The translations under genes were made by a program, and so were the position numbers. From contig OZ024756.1 of NCBI GenBank assembly GCA_964016885.1, positions 31,558,001 through 31,622,000 of the forward strand: a stretch of 64,000 bases of DNA. Direction: 5' to 3'. This DNA is from Eledone cirrhosa (taxonomy: Eukaryota). Under the pieces are notes generated by a model. The model had not been told where the DNA came from, ran no database searches, and worked only from the letters and a program-made list of their open reading frames with translations. This document shows, piece by piece, positions 25,759 through 36,690 of this stretch (within the stretch, counting starts at the first letter, position 1; each line of letters starts with the position of its first letter).

Positions 25759-25992
25759 AAATATATATATATAATGTAGGAGGTGAGTTTTATTGTAGTA
25801 CAATAAAGCAATGCAAATATCGGATAAGTAGCACTCTACAGTTTGTAGGGCTGGAGTATAAATAATATAAGATCAAAAGATGGTTAAAAGAGTTCCAAGT
25901 ATTTTATTATGCGCATTTCAAAAACAAATATCATCATGATATTCATAACTCATCCACTCTTCTACTTCTTTTCACATTATATCCTTAATAAC

Positions 25993-26118
25993 GTCCCTTT
26001 ACGATCTGAGTTCAAATCCCGCCGAGGTTGACTTTGCCTTTCATCCTTACGGGGTCGATAAAATAAAGTACCAGTAATGCACTGGGTAATTGCTGGCCTT
26101 GTGCCTAAAGTAGAAACA
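25993..26118 (+). mobile_element. 5'-truncated SINE-A with a 17-bp target-site duplication
   Basis: ATTATATCCTTAATAAC at 25976-25992 and 26119-26135 (partly overlapping the SINE's ATTAT end). Confidence 0.85.
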
Positions 26119-26576
26119 ATTATATCCTTAATAACATTAATATTTTAATAATACATATTAACAATCTCTTTTCCTCGCACATATTATTAAACCCTTGACT
26201 ATACAAACCTTAATTTAATTTAATATTATTCTTAACCCATTTTTCTCTTCATCAACTTTTAATTTCAAATTCTTTTAAATTATCTATTATCTTCTAACGG
26301 CTTTTTAACTTCTCTCTGTGAGACAATATATATTTTTTCTCAGTTGTAAAGGCTATCTCTCTCTCTCTATCACCCATCTCTCCTCCTCTCTCATCCTTCC
26401 TTCTTATACTCCTCCCCCACCACTCTTTACTCTCATCTCCTCCTCTTCCTTACCCTTTCCACCCACCCCCCCCCACTTTTTCCCAATATCACACATCAAT
26501 CTTAAATTATTTTTCATATGTTGATTTAAAACTTCACTATTCACAAGTGTTTTTTAACCTTCATATCATGTATCCC

Positions 26577-27037
26577 TATTTTATCTGATGAAAACGCAGA
26601 TATCATCTCATGATGATATTTGTTTTTGAAATCATCATCATCAACGTTTAACGTCCGTGTTCCACGCTTGCATGGGTTTGGACGGGGGTAGTCCCACTTG
26701 AGGCAAGAGTGATTGTCTTGCTCGCATAGGACTGTCTGGCAGGTTTTCTACAGTTGGATGCCCTTCCTAACACCAACCACATTTACAGTGTGGGTCTGGG
26801 AGGTTTTTACCGTGTTGCCTACACGGCCACATTACAGCGTGGACTGTGTGTTTTTTTGTCGTGACACCTACACGATCTCATTTGTTTCGGCCTCGATGGC
26901 GCGGCACCAACATAACTTTACATAGAACGGGGTGGTGTGGATGGGGTGGTGGTGGTGGGACGGGGTGTATTTTGTTAGAGATGCCTACTGGCTGGAGTAG
27001 GTTTTACTATATATTTAGAAATGCTCATAATAAAATA
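26577..27037 (+). ncRNA. Hammerhead ribozyme split by a ~385-bp SINE-like insertion
   Basis: TATTTTAT-CTGATGA(26585)-stem II-GAAAT(26628-32), then the insert, then GAAAT(27018-22)-GCTC-ATA^ATAAAATA. GAAAT is duplicated on both sides of the insert. Confidence 0.72.
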
Positions 27038-27519
27038 CTTGGAACTCTTTTAACCATCTTTTGATCTTATATTATATATATATATATATATATCTCTGTG
27101 TCAACATTTTGCGTTTCATGTTTAGCACTAAGTGAACCCTAGTCAAGCAAAGCATTATAATAAAAGGCCGTGACCATCCCGTCTTTCTCTATACTGTTAA
27201 TTGCACTGTTTATAGCGTGTCCTTCAGACTGTAAGAGTTAAATGACTGAAATATACCCCAAAAAAATGTGTGGCTCATCGTTCTGTGTGTATGGGTGTTT
27301 ATGAAATTTGTTTATGTATGTTTATGAAATTTGTTTATGTATGTTTATGTATGTTTATGAATGTTTATGAAATCTGAAATGTCCTCATGAATGTTTATGT
27401 GAAGATAGGTGCTTGTATTCGTTTGGCGTTTACATTCGTTTTTCCCAGTGGAAATTAATTGCGTCCGTACGCGGTATGCCAAGATGAGCACGCGATGCTC
27501 GTGGGGAGCAGGGTGTGTG

Positions 27520-27673
<154 letters not shown>

Positions 27674-27905
27674 TTAAATATAAACACCAAAATCCAGAGA
27701 GGACCTGATAAGGGTTGTAACATAAAGTATATATAAACCTGTAAAGATTTATTAGCACAGATTAAAAGTTTAAGCAATCAATCCCTGCTTTCACCTTATA
27801 GCGGGATTTGGTTTCAGAAGATCCAGCTATAAAGTGAACATAGAAATTGCTTGCTTAAACTTTTAATCTGTGCTAATAATAAATAAATAATACATATATA
27901 TATAT

Positions 27906-27962
<57 letters not shown>

Positions 27963-28004
27963 TGAAGTAATTTCATCCAATGTCAATAAATACACCAGGA
28001 TATT

Positions 28005-28065
28005 TTTCATTCTGATGATTGAAAGCAAAATTTGTTTGCTTTCAAGAAACCACTGGTAAATGAAA
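28005..28065 (+). ncRNA. Minimal type-I hammerhead ribozyme (complete core)
   Basis: Stem I TTTCATT/AATGAAA; CTGATGA 28012-18; perfect 11-bp stem II TTGAAAGCAAA/TTTGCTTTCAA; GAAA 28046-49; stem III ACC/GGT; GUA cleavage triplet, cut after 28058. Confidence 0.85.
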
Positions 28066-28111
28066 TAATTACCTTATGTTGTTTGTTACATAACTATATA
28101 TATATATATAT

Positions 28112-28296
28112 AACGAAGAAAATGTGGTAAGGAACCAGATGGACCATAACGCACCAGAGTACTCAATACTTAGGGTAGTAGAGTGGGAAATAGGAAAAAG
28201 TATGACCCCGACGGCAGAGCTCAAGCCGTTTCGACGGCTATTTCCAGAAATAGCCGTCGAAACGGCTTGAGCTCTGTCGTCTGGGTCATACTTTTT

Positions 28297-28300
<4 letters not shown>
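28112..28300. mobile_element. Fold-back family P2 (~190 bp; hairpin 28191-28300 built from a hammerhead 3' half)
   Basis: AACGAAG..GGTAAGGAACCAG..TAGTAGAGTGGG tail plus ~53-bp arms; flanked by (TA)n. Confidence 0.75.
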
Positions 28301-28347
<47 letters not shown>

Positions 28348-28401
28348 CGTTTCTGAATTTGTTTAGCAAGATTCTTTATCTGAAAACGTGTGTTGAAACC
28401 G

Positions 28402-28704
28402 ATATTGTTATACTTTGGGAGGGTCATGTTGCCAATAAGAAACACACGCACCAGGCTTTCACTTCAATTTATTATAAATTAAATTTATAAATTTAGGAAT
28501 TTATAAATTTCCGGTTGGTTGGTTCCACAACCAGACGATTGTTCATATATTGTCAAAGTTCTTTCGTCACACATTCTGTGACCTCAACCAACCGGAAATT
28601 TATAATTCCTAAATTTATAAATTTAATTTATAATAAATTGAAGTGAAAGCAACTGGTGCCTGTGTTTCTTATTGGCAACATGACCCTCCCAAAGTATAAC
28701 AATA
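28402..28704. mobile_element. Fold-back element family P1: ~120-bp arms, ~63-nt loop
   Basis: Same terminal sequence as 31552. The loop holds the ribozyme GAAA/stem II and ends just before CTGAAGA. Confidence 0.78.
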
Positions 28705-29000
28705 TATATATATATATACATACATACATGAAATATAAGCAATCAATCGGATGAAATACTTTCGTTTCCTTCAAACGAGAGAACTAACACTAATGTTAAC
28801 CATACAAAGTGTAAGAATTAAATATTGTTTTTAAATATCTTGCTCTCTCTCTCTCTCCTCCATATTATTTTTCGTCCGAAACGTTAACACCCTCTTGCTG
28901 CTATATCAAGCGTTAACCTAATATATCCCTTCCATATACTGTACCAATTGTGTTGTTATTTCTGTTTACCTTTTACATTATATATATATATATATATATA

Positions 29001-29195
29001 TAGGAACGAGTAGGACCCCGACGGCTGAGCTCAAGCCGTTTCGACGGCTAATTTTTAGTCCAGAATTAGGCGTCGAAACGGCTTGAGCTCAGCCGTCGGG
29101 GTCCTACTCGTTCCTATTTCCCACTCTACTACCCTAAGTATTGAGTACTTTGGTGCGTTGTGGTCCATCTGGTTCCTTACCACATTTCCTTCGTT
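29001..29195. mobile_element. Fold-back family P2, opposite orientation
   Basis: Hairpin 29001-29116 contains GAAAC-GGCT-TGAGCTC-AGCC-GTC (29075-29097); (TA)n on both sides. Confidence 0.78.
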
Positions 29196-29230
29196 ATATA
29201 TATATAATTTATATTTATATATATATATAT

Positions 29231-29442
29231 GGAGAAAGAATAGATAGCATAGAAATTCTCTCATCTTTACCTGGATCTTATATTGGAAAAACCCAATATT
29301 ACCATATATATATGTGTGCGCGCGTGTGTGTGTGTATATATATATATATACACACACACATACACATATATGGTAATATTGGGGTTTTCCAATATAAGAT
29401 CCAGGTAAAGATGAGAGAATTTCTATGCTATCTATTCTTTCT

Positions 29443-29444
<2 letters not shown>
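29231..29444. repeat. Near-perfect inverted repeat (~74-bp unique arms, 1 mismatch) around a (TG)/(TA)/(CA) spacer
   Basis: GGAGAAAGAATAGATAGCATAG..TATTACCA / TGGTAATA..CTATTCTTTCTCC. Confidence 0.9.
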
Positions 29445-29498
<54 letters not shown>

Positions 29499-29648
29499 TA
29501 GCGAGAATCGTATTTCGGCTTTGGAAATTAGCGAAAAACAACTTCCGAGATGTGTATATATATATATATATATATATATGTCAATCAATATATATATATA
29601 TATATACAATATATTAACAAATGGAAACTATATTTATAAAACCATATT

Positions 29649-29722
29649 TATTTTATTATACATATTTCAAGGGGCACCAAGGCATCAAGGCATATTACGG
29701 TGCGCTTTCATCAGATAAAATA
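29649..29722 (-). ncRNA. Minimal type-I hammerhead ribozyme
   Basis: Minus strand: TATTTTAT-CTGATGA-AAGCGCACC..GGTGCCCCTT-GAAA-T-ATGT-ATA^ATAAAATA. 8-bp stem I, AUA triplet. Confidence 0.8.
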
Positions 29723-31161
29723 CAATACAGAGTTTTATAAATAAATATTGACATACCCTGTGTATGTGTATGTGTATATATATATATAGAAGAGAGAGAT
29801 AGTATATATGCAAGGTGTCGGAGAGGGTGCAATACAAACGATTATTCGTCAATGGGTGGGTGACCAGATACACGTGTGCAATAAAAATAGTTATCAGTCA
29901 TTACATTTACAAAACTAAGTAAAGAAAATGAAGGAAAGAAAATATATCCATTACTTAAGTATGGAGTCTGTGGCGATGGTCGATGCCTTATTTAAACATC
30001 ATTCAATGTCTCAGTTATCCACAGAGAGAGAGAGAGAGAAGATCGTGAAAATACAGACAGTGGCGGGTTTACAATGAAGTCGTAAAGTAGATATGTCAAC
30101 AAATGACATATCGGGTTTACGACAGTCGCAAAATGGAGATACATAGATAGGTAGGTAGAGAAAGAGAAAGACGGGGCGTGTGATACTGAGTGGTATAGTG
30201 AGAGGAACTTGTGTGTGTGATTGAGATAATGAGAGAGAGAGAGAGCTTGTGTGTGTGTGTGTGTGTGAGGAAGAGATAGACATAGGCATCGTGAGAAATA
30301 TAAGGGAGAGTGAGATAGATAGAAAAGTAGTGAGAGAGAGAGAGAGAGAGAAAGAGACAGTGAGATCGATAGAGAAAGTGAGAGAATGACCAACTTAGAG
30401 AGAGTGAGTATGTGTGGAATAGAGAGAGGATGTGAGAGGTGTTTGATGATACATCACCGGCAAGATCCTATAAGAGTTCTCTATATTCAAGTGACAGGAA
30501 AACACGCCGAACCGGATGTTTTGATTAAGCGATTGTATGGAGTAAAATAAATAAATTAATAAATAAATTAATAAATTAAAATATACATACTCTCCTCCCG
30601 TTTATTAATTTTTCATATTTTTTCACCCCATCCCCGCTTATTAAATTTTGCTAATCTATATCCAGCAAAATTAATTTTCTTTAGACATTAAAAAAACATA
30701 CATGTAAAAGAAAAATACATTACTAGAAAGCCCATACGTTATTAAATAAATTGGACGGGTTGAGTTGTGGTCTCAATATGTAAACTAAACGAGTAATTCT
30801 GGTGTTTTTAAAAGTGAACGGAGACAACCTAGAAAAATGAACAATGCAGCTAATAATTGTTTCTACTTTGGCACAAAGCCATCAATTAACCAGTGTATTA
30901 CTGGTACTTTATTTTATCGACCCCGAAAGGATGAAAGGCAAAGTTAACCTCGGCGGGATTTGAACTCAGAATGGCAAGGACCGTAACTCTATGCGTCAAA
31001 GCATGGCGTCCAACCCTCTACCGGTACTGCCAATCCACCGCAGCTAATAATAAGAGTTAAAATTAATGCATGCAAGATTACACAGCTCTAGCATCACTCT
31101 TTCATAATCAGCCTATGAATTTTTCAGCCTACCCTTGTGTGCGCGTGTGTGTGTATGTATG

Positions 31162-31192
<31 letters not shown>

Positions 31193-31227
31193 CAAAATGA
31201 AAATTCGAAGGCAAGGTAAAATTCCAA

Positions 31228-31315
31228 TCATTTAATCACGACACATGTTTCAATAAGAGATAGATCGATTGTGAAGCCATGATCGATTATCACTGATCTC
31301 ATCAGGTGAAAATGA
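31228..31315 (-). ncRNA. Minimal type-I hammerhead ribozyme with long imperfect stem II
   Basis: Minus strand: TCATTT-TCAC-CTGATGA-...-GAAA-C-ATGT-GTC^GTGA-TT-AAATGA. GUC triplet, bulged stem I. Confidence 0.7.
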
Positions 31316-31714
31316 ATTGTCTTCAAATTCTTGATATGGGGGAGAAAAATAACGATGTTCTCTCACAGAATTCATTCCCTCGAATGGAATTGGAGATATA
31401 CAAAAGCGTGGAGAACTTAATATTGCTAACATAAATTTATTGGACCATTTTACACAACCAATAATGGACCTCACTACATAACTATATATATATATTTCGT
31501 TTCTGAATTTGTTTAGCAAGATTCTTTATCTGAAATCGTGTGTTGAAACCGATATTGTTATACTTTGGGAGGGTCATGTTGCCAATAAGAAACACACGCA
31601 CCAGTTGCTTTCACTTCAATTTAATTTATTAAATATTTATAAATTTACAAATTTATAAATTTCTGGTTGGTTGGTTGGTTCCACAACCAGATAGATAGTT
31701 GTTTATATATATAT

Positions 31715-31759
31715 AGTCATAGTTCTTTCGTCACACACTCTGTGACCTCTTCAGTGACT
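31715..31759 (-). ncRNA. Mirror-image hammerhead ribozyme (left arm of the palindrome)
   Basis: Exact reverse complement of 31869-31913. Confidence 0.68.
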
Positions 31760-31868
31760 GGGGATTTCTTTCTTCGTTTCTGTGCCTTTCCTTTCTTCTA
31801 TCCTACGCCATTTTGTTTCGCGTAGGATAGAAGAAAGGAAAGGCACAGAAACGAAGAAAGAAATCCCC

Positions 31869-31913
31869 AGTCACTGAAGAGGTCACAGAGTGTGTGACGA
31901 AAGAACTATGACT
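31869..31913 (+). ncRNA. Minimal hammerhead ribozyme (right arm of the 520-bp palindrome)
   Basis: AGTCA-CTGAAGA-g-GTCACA/TGTGAC-GAAA-GAAC-TA^TGACT. Stem III is extremely short. Confidence 0.68.
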
Positions 31914-32064
31914 ATATATATATAAACAACTATCTGGTTGTGGAACCAACCAACCAACCAGAAATTTATAAATTTGTGAATTTGTAAATATTTAATAAAT
32001 TAAATTGAAGTGAAAGCAACTGGTGCCTGTGTTTCTTATTGGCAACATGACCCTCCCAAAGTAT

Positions 32065-32117
<53 letters not shown>

Positions 32118-32379
32118 ATGTAAAAATTTGAACAGGGACAAAACAGAGAGGCAGTACAACAAATGTTTATTAATTTCACGCTCTGGAGAGTGGGGTGTTG
32201 GTGGGGGACTGGGGTATGGTGACAACAAGGGGTGGGGTTTGGGTGTTTGGGGGGGAAGGGAGGGTGTGGGGAGGGTGTGGGGAGGGGTGAGGTGGAGGGT
32301 GGAGATTGGGTAGGGGTGTAGGTCGAGGGAGAGAGTGGTGGGTGTGTGGGGATGGGGGGGGGGGGGGGGTTTAGCTTGC

Positions 32380-32414
<35 letters not shown>

Positions 32415-32555
32415 GGAGGTGGTGAGAGCCGACCTCGGGTCGCTGAAGCTCGCGAAGGAGATGACGAAGGACCGTGACGAATGGAGAGATGCTGTGCTGA
32501 ATAGGACTCGTCCCACCCTTGCAAGCAGAGAAAAGCGGACGTAAAATGATGATGA

Positions 32556-32605
<50 letters not shown>

Positions 32606-33294
32606 CCAGCCCACACTGTAAAGTGGTCGTTTTGGGTGCCAGTCCACACTGTAAATGTGGTTGGCGTTAGGAAGGGCATCAAGCCGTAGAAACCCCAAAC
32701 CATAATCAGTTCTGTATGACCAAGATATGGTCAACTGATCTGGCCTGTCTCACAACAGGACGACTCGTCTAACCCATGCTAACGTGGAAAAAAAAAAATA
32801 GACGTTTCACGGTGATATGATGGTGATGATGATGATATAGGAAGACGGTGGAATTGATCAGGAATGTCGATACTACCTGCTTACTTAATCGATACATCGA
32901 TCTACCACGATCAATAACCCTCTGAAACGATCGTAAAACACTTAACTAATTAACTACATTGTTCAACACACAGACACACACACATACACACGCACGCACA
33001 TACACACACAAATCGATTTTTTTTTTTTTTCTGGCAACCACCAAATACAGGGTTAACTTACTTTGTTATTCTATTCAAATGTTTTGTCGATAATAAAAAA
33101 AAAAAAACCTGTTGCTGCTTATCTAGTGTTTAGATTTGTTTTAGATAGAACATCAAAAACATTCCAGGTTTGACTATCCCATAGCTTTTTTTCTGTTTGT
33201 TTGTTGTTCGTTGGTTTGTTTATTTTTAGTAGTGGGGCTTGTGTGCGTGTTTGTTGTATGTGTGCCAGTATGCGTCTATTTATGTGTGCCAGTG

Positions 33295-33442
33295 CAGGCA
33301 TGTCAAACTGAGGGTCCCCCGACGACTATATGGGTCACTGTCCACATTACAACTAATTATTTTTTTCTAATTTTATATTACGAAGATAAAACATGCTCGT
33401 GTTGTAAAAACCTTTGTGTGGGCCGCATGTTTGATATGCCTG
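33295..33442. mobile_element. hAT-type MITE
   Basis: TIRs CAGGCATGTCAAAC / GTTTGATATGCCTG; TSD not preserved. Confidence 0.6.
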
Positions 33443-34133
33443 TGTATGTATGTGTTTTAACTCAGGCAGGGTTGCTTGTAATTTTTGGTTATATATTATG
33501 TTGTCTAGGGAAGGTGCAGTAACAGAGAAGGTTGAAAAGAAACTGGAAATGTGAATAGTCCAACCATAGTGAGATGGCTAGGTCATGTGTTGAGGAAGAA
33601 TGAAAACGAGACTGGGTGAGAGGAATAGAGCCAGTGATGAATGTTGTGAAGAGAAATGAGATGCGATGAGAAGGCTGGGTCATGTGCTGAAGAAGGATAA
33701 AAGTGACTGGGTGAGAGGAATTATGGAAATGAATGTGGAAGGAAGTAGTGAAAGGAAGACCAAGAAAGACATGGTTAAAGATGAAGGAAGAGGTAATGTA
33801 AGTCAAGGGTTGGTGAGGACGGGGGAGGAGGTTACAGTCAACAGGGCAAAATGGAGAAGCTTGTCATGGGACGGATAAGGTTAACCCTTTCTTTAGTAGG
33901 GTAAATGCCTAAAACATTTGTATTATATATATGATTGGCAGTATCGGTAGAGGGCCGGACGCCATGCTTTGCAGCATAGAGTTACGGCCCTTTATGGTCT
34001 GAGTTCAAATCCCGCCGAGGTTAACTTTGCCTTTCATCCTTACGAGGGTCGATAAAATAAAGTACCAGTAATACACTAGGATAATTGCTGGCCTTGTGCC
34101 AAAAGTAGAAACAATTATATATATACATATATA

Positions 34134-34328
34134 TAGGAAAAGAGTCAGGACCCCAACAGCTGAGCTCTGGCCGTTTCGACAGCTAGATCCGAACTGAGTT
34201 CGAACCTAGCTGTTGAAACGGCCGGACCTCAGCAGTCGAGGCCCTGACTCTTTTCCTATTACCCACTCTACTACCCCAAGTACTCTGGTGCATTATGGTC
34301 CACCTGGTATCTTACAACACTTTCTTTG
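34134..34328. mobile_element. Fold-back family P2 (diverged)
   Basis: Hairpin TAGGAAAAGAGTCAGG..CCTGACTCTTTTCCTA with the same CCCACTCTACTACCC tail. Confidence 0.7.
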
Positions 34329-34401
34329 TTTAAAAAAAATATATATATATATATTTATTTATATAAGTTACACAATAATCAAAGCTATGTTCAAATCCTT
34401 T

Positions 34402-34454
34402 TATTGCTGACAATCGTTTCTTCCAAACTATCGTTTGGATTCATCAGAGCATTA
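34402..34454 (-). ncRNA. Minimal type-I hammerhead ribozyme
   Basis: Minus strand: TAATGCT-CTGATGA-aTCCAAAC-gata-GTTTGGAa-GAAA-C-GATT-GTC^AGCAATA. GUC triplet. Confidence 0.78.
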
Positions 34455-35719
34455 GCAATGTTTGTACATATAATTAACCTCCTATTCAACTGAACAATCA
34501 TATAGATACATGGATATTAATGTTGTCAACAACAGTTTCGTATTTACAGAGTGGAATGGATGCGACATAGATTTCAAGAGAATTGTACAATAATTAAAAT
34601 TAAAAATTAAAGATGAAAAAGGCAGAGTGGAATGCATGTGACCGAGATTACAAGGGAATAGTATAACAATTAGAGGCATTAAGGTAGAAAGTTACTCGTA
34701 AAACGAGGACACTAGCAGTACTGGAAAGCCATTTCTTTATTAAATATTTAATCCTCTGAGATGTATTAAGTACCTTACTTACTGTGGTTACCCCTGATTG
34801 AACCCGGGATAAACATATATATAAGGGCGGTGGAGTGGCTGTATTGGTGGAGTGTCAGACAACATACTTTGCGGCATAGTGTTGTAGCTCTTTACCTTCT
34901 GAGTCCTAATCCTGCCAACGTTATCTTTACCTTTCATCTTTATGAGGTCAATAAAATAAATTACCAGTAATGCACTGGAGTCGATCTAATTGACTTCCCT
35001 TCCCTAAAAATTGTTGGCCTTGTGCCTAAATCAGAAACTATTATTGACTTAACCCTTTAACATTTACATTACTCTATATTTACTATTATATTTTCACAGT
35101 AATGGCTTCACTTCACCTAATATCGAATGTATGAGATTTTGATATTTATTTTGAGAACAATACCTCAACTTTAGTATGAGCGGCTGGTTGCAACCAGTTT
35201 GAACAGGGAGAGGTAAGGAAATTTGGCCGGATACAGCCAGTTTAAATGCTAAATGGTTAATCAGAAAAGTGTAAAGGGGCATGGTTTATTATCGAATCTA
35301 TGAGATTTTGATATTATTTATTTTGAGAACAATACCTTAACATAAGTATGAGAAGCCAGTTATGACCAGTTTGAACAGAAAGAGGTGAGGGAATTCTGGC
35401 CAGATACAGCCGGTTTAAATGCTAAAGGGTAAAAGTGTTTACATTTATCTTAAAACGTTCCATCATAATTTTATGAAAGCAGCTTTGTTAAGTTATGTTC
35501 CAATCACTAAATTAGTAATAAAACATTGTTACCAAATCCCTCCAAATTCTTTTTCAAAATTATTTCAAAATCATAGACAGTCTTTCATTAGAAATATGGT
35601 CATGACATGGTTTATGTTATGTTCTAAATACCAACTTAATGAGGTTAATTATATTATTAAATCCCTCCAAATTCTCGATTATTTCCAAAATTATTAGAAA
35701 ACCATAGGCAGTCTCTTTC

Positions 35720-35773
<54 letters not shown>

Positions 35774-35781
35774 CATACACA

Positions 35782-35936
35782 TTTAATATAAAAATGGCTT
35801 CTACAGGACTAGAACTGTTTCATTCAGGAGAAATCATCAGGGCTTCCTGATATTAAACTCTATAAATATTTATACTCTACAATGTATTGAGTACCTTACT
35901 TACTGTGGTTACCCCCCGATTGAATCTAGGATAAAC
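35782..35936 (-). mobile_element. Family P3 short element with a damaged hammerhead, inserted in (TA)n
   Basis: CTACAGGACTAGAACTGTTTCATTCAG..TCATCAG matches the 62219 ribozyme. The tail GTACCTTACTTACTGTGGTTACCCC recurs at ~34770 and (inverted) at ~44585. Confidence 0.65.
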
Positions 35937-36648
35937 ATATATATATATTCATTTTATTAAGGCTAAATAGTGAGTCTTGTTTCAGAAAAGTGTCAAGGTG
36001 CGTGGTTTAGTTTTAAACTCATGAGCTGGACTCTTGTTGTACTGGTCAACAAACTGTGTACTTGAGGAAAACAGTTTCTCGCATTGCTTAGCAAGACTAA
36101 GGAATTACTATATCCAAGCCCCTTCACACATGTGTGAGTGTATGAGTAAGCCAACACAAGGGAAACTTCAAAGTCACTATCAACTAATTATAATAAATGT
36201 TAGACTTTACTACAAACAATACACTTGTATTGAGTCCTTTATTTAGTTTAGTTTCATTATGATTTCACCTATATTTAATTCTGTGTGTGTATATATACAT
36301 GAGTAAGTACACATATATATATATATATATATATATGCATGTGTAAATATACATATATACATACATATATGTGTGTGTGTATATATACACATAATTTGGA
36401 ATTGTACAAGTTACGTGATATCAGAAACCGATACCAGTAGATCTTGAGAGAAGTTGTGATAACTATTTTAAAATACACAGACATACACACAAACCACACA
36501 AATACATACACATACGTACACACACACCATGCAAATAAATAAACATACATACATACACATATGTACTGTTATATTAACTGTCATTTTAATTTACAACTAA
36601 TATAATACTGAAATGGTGCCAAAGTCTTTCTTTTATATATATATATAT

Positions 36649-36690
<42 letters not shown>

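Larger units (their letters stand above)
25860..27075 (+). mobile_element. Penelope-like non-autonomous element with inverted pseudo-LTR arrangement, interrupted by two SINEs
   Basis: 25860-25940 is the reverse complement of the ribozyme 3' half plus tail (26610-26632 + 27023-27075). Ends in (TA)n on the right. Confidence 0.6.
31552..32072. mobile_element. Fold-back element family P1: ~255-bp arms, 11-nt loop, two outward-facing hammerheads
   Basis: ATATTGTTATACTTTGGGAGGG... / ...CCCTCCCAAAGTATAACAATAT; loop 31809-31819; (TA)n nearby on both sides. Confidence 0.8.
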
